Assembly (NCBI GenBank): GCA_041483195.1
Contig: JBGPFC010000008.1
Span: 64,467-128,466, forward strand
Length of the DNA stretch: 64,000 nt
Direction: 5' to 3'
DNA from: Candidatus Eiseniibacteriota bacterium
GTDB lineage: Bacteria; Eisenbacteria; RBG-16-71-46
Shown: positions 56,544-64,000 of the stretch, piece after piece
Layout: each line of letters opens with the position of its first letter
How positions within the stretch are numbered: position 1 is the first letter of the stretch
Program-made: the position numbers and the translations under genes
The notes under the pieces: generated by a model
What the model was told of the DNA's origin: nothing
What the model saw: only the letters and a program-made list of their open reading frames with translations
Databases searched by the model: none

Positions 56544-59050
56544 TCGACATCCGCCGCCGGCTGGCCGGGGTGCGCGTCCGGCTCGGGATCCTCCTCTTCA
56601 GCGGAGTGATCCTGGTCGGCATCGGCTTCTACGCGCTGCTGCTCACGCTCACCCGGCAGTGGCTGTTGCAGGAGCTCGACGCGCGCAGCCGCACGCTCAC
56701 CGGCTTGCTCGCGACCCGCGTCGCGACGCCGCTGATGCTCGAGGACCGCCTCGATCTGGGCGACGAGCTCGCGCGCGCCGCGCGGGAGCCCGATGTGGTC
56801 GGCGCCGCGGTCTATCACGGCAACGGCAGCACGGTCGCGGAGAGCGTGCGCGACCGCGCGCTGTGGGCGCGCATTCCGTGGTCGCCGTACCCCAGTCATC
56901 GCGAGGAGACGCTCGCGGTTCACGCGCAGCGGATCGCGGGGCACGGACTGCTCGAGGTGGTCGCGCCGGTGACGCGCGCGCCGAGCGTCGTCGGCTCCCC
57001 GATCGCGGAAGCGGGTGAGCTCGCGGGCCTCGGCGAGGCGCCGGGCGCGTCTCACCAGCCCGAGCGCGTGGGCTGGGTGCGCATGGTGATTTCCACCGCC
57101 CGGGTCGAGGCCGCGGTCGCCACCGCGCGCCGGATCGGGCTCACGCTGATCGTGACCGCGCTCGGACTCTGGCTCATCCCGATCTCGGTGCTGATCCGAG
57201 TGATGGTTCAGCCGCTGCGCGAGGCGAGCGAGCTCGCGCGCGAAATCGCGGCGGGCCATCTCGACCGCCGCCTCCCGGTGCGCAGCGACGACGAGCTCGG
57301 GGCGCTCGCCCACTCGATGAACAGCATGGCGGGCGAGCTCTCCGCCGCGCAGTCACGCGCCCGCACCGAGGCCGATGCGCTCCGGGTCGCGAGCGAAGCC
57401 GTCGTCGCGATCGCGCGCGAGGCGCGAGCGGCGGACGACCCCGCCAGCATGTTCGGCGTGGTGGCCGGTCAGGTGCGCCGCATCACCGCCTGCCGCGGGG
57501 TCGCGCTGGTCTCGGCCACCGATGACGATCCGCTGCTGCGCATCGCCCTGCTCGACCCGCCGGGACCCTGGGCCGAGCTCGCGCCCGGCGCGCCGCTCGA
57601 TCCGGCGATCGCGAAGCGGCTCGCGCGGCTCGGCGACCAGCCGTTGCGCATCCCGCTCTCCGGCGAAGCCGGCGCGCTCGCCCGCGGACTGGTGCGGGAC
57701 GGGTTCGCGACGATGCTGGTGGTGCCGCTCGTCATCGAAGCCGGCCCGCCCGCCGCGTTGCTGCTGCTCGCGGACCGGGACGATGCTTTCGCCTCGACCG
57801 AAGTAGACGTCGTCGCCGGCCTCGCGACGCATCTCGCCTCCGCGCTCCAGGCATCGCAGCTGCGCGAGCGTCTCGAGCACGCGTTCGACGAGCTGCAGAC
57901 CGCGCGCGGGCAGCTGGTGCGATCCGAGCGCCTGCGCGTGGCCGGCGAGATGGCCTCCGGCATCGCGCACGAGTTCAACAACGTGCTCGCCGCGATCCTG
58001 GGCCGCGCGCAGCTGCTGCGCCGCGACGTGCGGCGCGGCACGCTCCAGCCGGAGGCGTTGCTGCGGGCGCTCGAGATCGTCGAGCGCGCGGCGCGCGACG
58101 GCGGCGAAACGGTGCGACGGCTGCGCCAGTTCGGCGATGGCGGCGAGCCCACCGACGCGACGGCCGTCGACATCGACTCCGCGATGCGCGACGCTGCAGA
58201 GTTCACGCGCATGAGATGGCACAACGAAGCGCAGGCGGCCGGCCGCGAGATCACGCTCGCGTTCGAGTCGACCCCCGAGGCCTGGGTGCAGGGACGCAGC
58301 AGCGAGCTGCGCGAGATCTTCACGAACCTGATCCTCAACGCGATCGACGCGCTCCCGAATGGCGGACACATCCGGCTCGCGTCCCATGCCGATGGCGGGC
58401 AGGTGCAGGTCACCGTCGAGGACGACGGGCGCGGGATGGACGAGGAGACGCGGCGGCGGGTGTTCGACCCCTTCTTCACGACGAAGGGTGAGCGCGGCAC
58501 CGGCCTCGGACTCTCGGTGACCTACGGCATCGTCCAGCGCCACGGCGGCACCATCGTGATCGAGAGCGAGCCCGGCCGCGGCACGCGGGTCCGCATGACG
58601 TTCCCGCTCGCGCGCGCCCCGCAGCAGGCGATCGAGCCGGTCGTCGCGGAGTCCGCGGCGTCCGGCGTGTCGCTCGACGTGCTGGTGGTGGACGACGAGC
58701 AGCCGGTGCGCGACCTGCTGGTCGACATCCTCGTCATGCTCGGGCATCGTCCGCGCGCCTTCGACAGCGGTGAGGCGGCGCTTTCGCGGTTCCGCGCCGG
58801 GGCGTTTCAGCTGGTGCTCACCGACATCGGCATGCCGGGCATGAGCGGCTGGCAGCTCGCGCGCGCCATCCGCGGGCGGGATCCGGAGGTCATGCTGGCG
58901 TTCATCACCGGGTGGGGGCAGGACGTGGCCGCCGAGGCGGTGCGCGATGCCGGCGCCGACGCCGTGGTGAGCAAGCCGTTCACGATCGAGGACGTCGAGG
59001 CGCTGGCGCGCGCCGCCGCGGAGCGGGGCCCAGGTCGTCGCGCCGCTTGA
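56540..59050 (+). CDS. Membrane hybrid histidine kinase (HAMP-GAF-HisKA-HATPase-REC)
   Basis: Two TM helices, DELG.LA.S.N.M HAMP, GIAHEFNNVL, FTNLILNAIDA, FDPFFTTK and a receiver domain. Confidence 0.93.
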   Translation: MIDIRRRLAGVRVRLGILLFSGVILVGIGFYALLLTLTRQWLLQELDARSRTLTGLLATRVATPLMLEDRLDLGDELARAAREPDVVGAAVYHGNGSTVAESVRDRALWARIPWSPYPSHREETLAVHAQRIAGHGLLEVVAPVTRAPSVVGSPIAEAGELAGLGEAPGASHQPERVGWVRMVISTARVEAAVATARRIGLTLIVTALGLWLIPISVLIRVMVQPLREASELAREIAAGHLDRRLPVRSDDELGALAHSMNSMAGELSAAQSRARTEADALRVASEAVVAIAREARAADDPASMFGVVAGQVRRITACRGVALVSATDDDPLLRIALLDPPGPWAELAPGAPLDPAIAKRLARLGDQPLRIPLSGEAGALARGLVRDGFATMLVVPLVIEAGPPAALLLLADRDDAFASTEVDVVAGLATHLASALQASQLRERLEHAFDELQTARGQLVRSERLRVAGEMASGIAHEFNNVLAAILGRAQLLRRDVRRGTLQPEALLRALEIVERAARDGGETVRRLRQFGDGGEPTDATAVDIDSAMRDAAEFTRMRWHNEAQAAGREITLAFESTPEAWVQGRSSELREIFTNLILNAIDALPNGGHIRLASHADGGQVQVTVEDDGRGMDEETRRRVFDPFFTTKGERGTGLGLSVTYGIVQRHGGTIVIESEPGRGTRVRMTFPLARAPQQAIEPVVAESAASGVSLDVLVVDDEQPVRDLLVDILVMLGHRPRAFDSGEAALSRFRAGAFQLVLTDIGMPGMSGWQLARAIRGRDPEVMLAFITGWGQDVAAEAVRDAGADAVVSKPFTIEDVEALARAAAERGPGRRAA

Positions 59051-59086
59051 CGCGGGTGGCCCGGCCGCCGCCCGCCCTCGCCGGCG

Positions 59087-59791
<705 letters not shown>

Positions 59792-59792
59792 G

Positions 59793-60593
59793 TCACACCC
59801 CCGCGCCCAGGTCGGCGTGGACCTCTTCGCCGAGGTAGGCCTCGACCACCCGCGGATCCCGGCGGATCTGTTCGGGCGTGCCCTCCGCGATCTTCACGCC
59901 GTAGTCCAGCACCGCGATCCGGCGGCAGATGCCCATCACGACGCGCATGTCGTGCTCGATGAGCAGGATCGTGACCTGGAACCGCTCGCGGATGTCCTCG
60001 ATCAGCCGCATCAACTGCTCGCTCTCCTGCGGGTTGAGCCCGGCGGCCGGCTCGTCGAGCAGCAACAGCCGCGGCTTCCCCGCGAGCGCGCGCGCGATCT
60101 CGAGCCGGCGCTGCTGGCCGTACGGCAGGTCCGAGGCGGTGGTGTCTGCCCACTCCGCGAGCCCCATGACCTCGAGCAGCTCGCTCGCCTCGCGCTGGAT
60201 CCGCGCCTCGTCGCGCGCGAACCGCCCGGTGCGGAAGATCGCGTCGGCGATCCCGGCCTGCGCGTGCTGGTGGGCCGCGATGCACACGTTGTCGCGACAG
60301 CACCGCGATCCGAACAGGCGGATGTTCTGAAACGTGCGGGTGATGCCGCGGCGCGCGATCGCGTGGGGCTTGAGGCCCGCGATCGACCGGCCCTCGAACA
60401 GGATGCTGCCGCCGGTCGGCGCGTAGGCGCCGGTGACGACGTTGAACACCGTGGTCTTCCCCGCGCCGTTCGGGCCGATCAGGCCGAACAGCTCGCCGCG
60501 CGCGATCTCGAGCGTCAGGTCGGCGACCGCCTTGAGGCCGCCGAACTGCATCGTGACGCGATCGAGGTGCAGCAGGACGCCTTCGGCCGCCAT
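59793..60593 (-). CDS. livG: Branched-chain amino acid ABC transporter ATPase
   Basis: GPNGAGKTT, RTFQNIRLF, LPYGQQRRLEIARAL and DEPAAG motifs. Confidence 0.93.
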   Translation of the reverse strand: MAAEGVLLHLDRVTMQFGGLKAVADLTLEIARGELFGLIGPNGAGKTTVFNVVTGAYAPTGGSILFEGRSIAGLKPHAIARRGITRTFQNIRLFGSRCCRDNVCIAAHQHAQAGIADAIFRTGRFARDEARIQREASELLEVMGLAEWADTTASDLPYGQQRRLEIARALAGKPRLLLLDEPAAGLNPQESEQLMRLIEDIRERFQVTILLIEHDMRVVMGICRRIAVLDYGVKIAEGTPEQIRRDPRVVEAYLGEEVHADLGAGV

Positions 60594-60594
60594 G

Positions 60595-61578
60595 TCAGGC
60601 CCCGGCCGCCCGCGGGCGCCTGAGGAACCCCGGCAGCGAGAGCTCGCGGCTGCCGAGCAGTCCCTGGGGACGCGTGATCATGAGCACGATCAGCATCAGC
60701 GAGTAGATCACCATGCGGTAGTCCTTGACCGGCCGCAGCACCTCCGGCATGAGCGTGAGGACGATCGCCGCCAGCACCGAACCCGAGATGCTGCCCATGC
60801 CGCCCAGCACCACCATCGCGATCACCTCGATGCTCTTGAGGAAGGTGAACGAGTTGGGGTTGAGGTACGAGAGGAAGTGCGCGAACAGTCCGCCCGCGAT
60901 CCCCGCGAAGAACGAGCCGATCACGAACGCGATGACCTTGTAACGGGTGGTGTCCACCCCCAGCGCCTCGGCCGCGATCTCGTCGTCGCGGATCGCGAAC
61001 AGCGCGCGCCCATGGGTGCTCCGCGCGAGATGGAGCGAAAGCACGATGACCGCCGCCACCGTGAGGCCCACCCAGAAGAAGTTGACCCAGCCCGGGATCC
61101 CGGGCAGCCCGCGGGCGCCCCCCACCGCATCGACGTTGAGGATGAGCACGCGGATGATCTCGCCGAATCCGAGCGTCACGATCGCGAGGTAATCGCCGCG
61201 CAGCCGCAACGACGGCAGGCCCACCAGGTAGCCGGCGAGCGCGGCCAGCAGGCCGCCCGCGATCAGGGCCGCCACCAGCGCGAAGCCGTGCGCGATCACC
61301 GGCGGCACGCCGGCCGCGACCAGCGTCTCGGCCCAGCGCTGGCCGGCGTGGATCGTGACCATCGCCGAGCTGTACGCGCCGACCGCCATGAACCCGGCGT
61401 GGCCGATCGAGAACTGCCCGGTGAACCCGTTGATCAGGTTGAGCGACACCGCGAGCACGACGTTGATCCCGCACAGCATGACGATCTGCATGAGGTAGGG
61501 ATTGAGCATGCGCGGCAGCGCGAGGTCGAGCACGAGGAGCGCCGCCACCGTGCCCGCCGCCCACGCCGCGTGACGCAC
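60595..61578 (-). CDS. livM: Branched-chain amino acid ABC transporter permease
   Basis: GQFSIGHAGF and LRLRGDYLAIVTLGFGEI motifs. Confidence 0.93.
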   Translation of the reverse strand: MRHAAWAAGTVAALLVLDLALPRMLNPYLMQIVMLCGINVVLAVSLNLINGFTGQFSIGHAGFMAVGAYSSAMVTIHAGQRWAETLVAAGVPPVIAHGFALVAALIAGGLLAALAGYLVGLPSLRLRGDYLAIVTLGFGEIIRVLILNVDAVGGARGLPGIPGWVNFFWVGLTVAAVIVLSLHLARSTHGRALFAIRDDEIAAEALGVDTTRYKVIAFVIGSFFAGIAGGLFAHFLSYLNPNSFTFLKSIEVIAMVVLGGMGSISGSVLAAIVLTLMPEVLRPVKDYRMVIYSLMLIVLMITRPQGLLGSRELSLPGFLRRPRAAGA

Positions 61579-61579
61579 G

Positions 61580-62482
61580 TCAGACCTTTTCCGCGACGTG
61601 CTGGCCGAGAATGCCCGCGGGGCGCACCAGCAGGATGACGATCAGCAGTATGAACGCGATCGCGTCGCGCCAGGTCGGCGAGAGGTAGCCGACGACCAGC
61701 ACCTCGGCGATCCCCATGACCAGCCCGCCGATCACCGCGCCCGGGATGTTGCCGATCCCGCCCAGCACCGCGGCCACGAACGCCTTGAGTCCCGGCATGA
61801 TGCCCATGTAGGGCTCGATCTTGGGATTCTGCAGGGCCACCAGGACGCCGGCGGCCGCGGCCAGCATGGAGCCCAGCACGAAGGTGAAGGTGATGATGCG
61901 GTCCACCGAGATCCCCATGAGCGCGGCGGCGGTGTGGCTGTGGGAAACGGCGCGCATCGCCTTGCCGACCCGGGTGTGCAGAACGATCATGCGCAGCAGC
62001 ACCATCAGCACGACCGACACCACGAGGATGATGATCTGCTGGTTCGAGATGGTCACGCCCCCGCCCAGCGCCACGTTGTGCGCCGGGATGATCTGGGGGA
62101 AGAACTTGGGATCGGCGCCGAACAGCATCAGCCCGCCGTTTTCGAGCAGCAGCGATACGCCGATCGCCGTGATGAGCGCCGCGAGCCGCGAAGACTTGCG
62201 TACCGGCTTGTACGCGGCGCGCTCGATGAGCGCGCCGGTGGCCCCGCACGCCGCCATCGAGATCAGCAGCACCAGCAGCGCGCCCGCGGGCGTCGGGTGT
62301 TGCGCAGCGCCCATCCAGCGCGCGGCGTAGTACGCGAAGAACGCGCCCAGCATGTACACGTCGCCGTGCGCGAAGTTGATGAGCTTCAGGATGCCGTACA
62401 CCATCGTGTAGCCCAGCGCGATCAGGGCGTACACGCTCCCCAGCGTCACGCCGTTCACCATCTGCTGGAGGAACTCGGACAC
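61580..62482 (-). CDS. livH: Branched-chain amino acid ABC transporter permease
   Basis: YALIALGYTMVYG..INFAHG and KAFVAAVLGGIG motifs. Confidence 0.94.
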   Translation of the reverse strand: MSEFLQQMVNGVTLGSVYALIALGYTMVYGILKLINFAHGDVYMLGAFFAYYAARWMGAAQHPTPAGALLVLLISMAACGATGALIERAAYKPVRKSSRLAALITAIGVSLLLENGGLMLFGADPKFFPQIIPAHNVALGGGVTISNQQIIILVVSVVLMVLLRMIVLHTRVGKAMRAVSHSHTAAALMGISVDRIITFTFVLGSMLAAAAGVLVALQNPKIEPYMGIMPGLKAFVAAVLGGIGNIPGAVIGGLVMGIAEVLVVGYLSPTWRDAIAFILLIVILLVRPAGILGQHVAEKV

Positions 62483-62498
62483 GGAGCGGGGCCGCGGC

Positions 62499-63710
62499 CT
62501 AGAAGGGCTGAATCGTCGTGTTGTAGACCTTCTTGCCGCCCTTGATCTCGATCACCACGGCCGGCTTGGTCGCGTTGCGGTTCTCGTCGAGCGTGATGGT
62601 CCCCGTCACGCCGGCGTAGCCCCTGGTGGCCGCGATCAGATCGCGGAGCTTCTGCTCGGCGGCCGCGCGCGCCGGGCTCCCCGCCTTCGAGGACGCCAGC
62701 CCCTTGAATCCCTCGGGATCCTGCTCGGCGAGCTGTTCCATGCTGTGGAACAGCACGTTCGCAGCGTCGTAGGCCAGCCCGCCGATCGCGTCCGGGTCGC
62801 CGTTGAACTTCGCGCGGTAGCGGCGCAGGAAGCCCTGTAGATTCGAGTCCGGGTAATCGAGCGCCCAGTGGTTCGAGTAGTAGCAGCCGTTCAGCGCGTC
62901 GCCGCCGATCTCGAGCAGCTTCTCGCTCTCCCATCCGTCGCCGCCGATGAGCGGCGCGGCGATCCCGAGCTCACGCGCCTGCTTCGCGATCAGCCCCACC
63001 TCGGTGTAGTAGCCGGGCACGATGACGGCCTCTGGCTTCTTGCCCTTGATCTTGGTGAGCGCCGCGCGGAAGTCCGCATCGCCCGAGCTGTACGACTCCT
63101 CGACGATCACGGTGCCGCCCATCGCGGTGAAGCCCTCCGTGAAGTACTTGGCGAGGCCGATGCTGTAGTCGTTCTTCACGTCCTTGAGGATCGCCACCTT
63201 CTTGAGCTTGAGATTCTCGGCCGTGAACTTCGCCATCACGTGGCCCTGGAAGTCGTCGAGGAAGCATACGCGGAAGATGTGATCGCCCTTCTTCGTCACG
63301 TCCGGGTTGGTCGAGGATGGCGATATCATGGGCACTCCCGCCGCCTGGCAGATCGGACCGCCCGCGAGGCTGCGCGAAGACGCCACCTCGCCGACCACCG
63401 CGATCACGCGATCCTGGTTGATGAGCTTCTGCACGACCGTGGCGGCCTCCTCGGCCTTGCTCTGGTCGTCCTCGACCACGAAGCGCACCGGCAGGCCGCC
63501 GATCTTGCCTTCCTTCGCGGCGGTCAGCTCGTCGAGCGCGATCTCGACGCCCGCCTTGGTCGACGTGCCGAAGGTGGCCTCGCCACCGGTGAGCGAGTCG
63601 TACTCCCCGATCACCAGCTCGTCCTTCGCGGCCGGGCCGCAGCCGATGGCGACCAGGGACAGCAGGGCAATGGCCGAAACGCCGAGGCGCAGCCGGGTAG
63701 GTGAGGTCAT
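62499..63710 (-). CDS. Branched-chain amino acid ABC transporter binding lipoprotein (LivJ/LivK family)
   Basis: Lipobox VAIGC; GEVASS.S, ISPSSTNP.VT and FRVCF.D.FQG; start ATG 63710 with AAGGAG RBS. Confidence 0.92.
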   Translation of the reverse strand: MTSPTRLRLGVSAIALLSLVAIGCGPAAKDELVIGEYDSLTGGEATFGTSTKAGVEIALDELTAAKEGKIGGLPVRFVVEDDQSKAEEAATVVQKLINQDRVIAVVGEVASSRSLAGGPICQAAGVPMISPSSTNPDVTKKGDHIFRVCFLDDFQGHVMAKFTAENLKLKKVAILKDVKNDYSIGLAKYFTEGFTAMGGTVIVEESYSSGDADFRAALTKIKGKKPEAVIVPGYYTEVGLIAKQARELGIAAPLIGGDGWESEKLLEIGGDALNGCYYSNHWALDYPDSNLQGFLRRYRAKFNGDPDAIGGLAYDAANVLFHSMEQLAEQDPEGFKGLASSKAGSPARAAAEQKLRDLIAATRGYAGVTGTITLDENRNATKPAVVIEIKGGKKVYNTTIQPF

Positions 63711-63859
63711 GGTCCGGATCTCCTTCCGTGTCGCGCCCGGCGGGCGTTGGCACGCGCGCCGGGCGCTTCCGGTCGTGGGACGGGCGGCCATCGGACCGCC
63801 GCAGGATTCGAGAAGAGCCGGCAACAGGTAGCACGCGCTCGCGCGCGGACGCAAGAGGA

Positions 63860-64000
63860 TGTTGTTGGCAAGACTAAGTGACCGCTTTTGACACGACTAT
63901 CTGTCCGCTTTCAGGCGGCAGCGCCGGAAGCCTCGATTCTGGCGCGTCCGCGAGGATCGAACACCCCCAGGCATCGGCGCCCCCACCAGACCGAGTGAGA
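63860..64000 (-). mobile_element. End of an IS1202/ISNCY-like insertion sequence (truncated by window edge)
   Basis: Terminal TGT at 63860; repeated boxes TGACCGCTTTT (63879) and TGTCCGCTTT (63902). A minus-strand ORF end SHSVWWGRRCLGVFDPRGR...stop at 63911 resembles ISNCY transposase C-termini. Confidence 0.6.

Noticed and set aside
63940..63975. tRNA T-loop-like GTTCGATCC on the minus strand
   Set aside because: No T-stem or acceptor-stem pairing; it lies within the putative transposase C-terminus.

Overview
High-GC bacterial chromosomal window. A C-terminal sorting-like domain, the large lipoprotein and the gene set suggest a diderm of the FCB/Ca. Eisenbacteria type; this is inference only. 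Most of the window is core genes: accB-aroQ-aroB; an ECF sigma / anti-sigma / HtrA cluster; an NtrC-type sigma54 activator; yceD-rpmF-plsX-fabHDG-acpP-fabF-rnc; aldehyde dehydrogenase-sucCD-ndk; split rfaE1/rfaE2; comM; radC, archease, smc-ftsY, selA; a liv ABC transporter; and several two-component modules. The end of an IS1202/ISNCY-like element lies at the right edge. No rRNA, tRNA or CRISPR array was recognised. Best leads: (1) an unannotated ~220-nt structured RNA with its own sigma54 promoter and terminator directly behind the sigma54 activator; (2) RNase III with a ~255-aa RNase E-like disordered tail; (3) an HtrA in the sigma operon lacking its catalytic His and Asp; (4) a 41-aa four-Cys peptide coupled to a UroD-like enzyme, followed by Cys-less peroxiredoxin-like proteins; (5) three equally spaced sigma28-like promoters linking two paralogous kinases; (6) signs of widespread leaderless transcription. 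All calls were made by eye and no database search was run.
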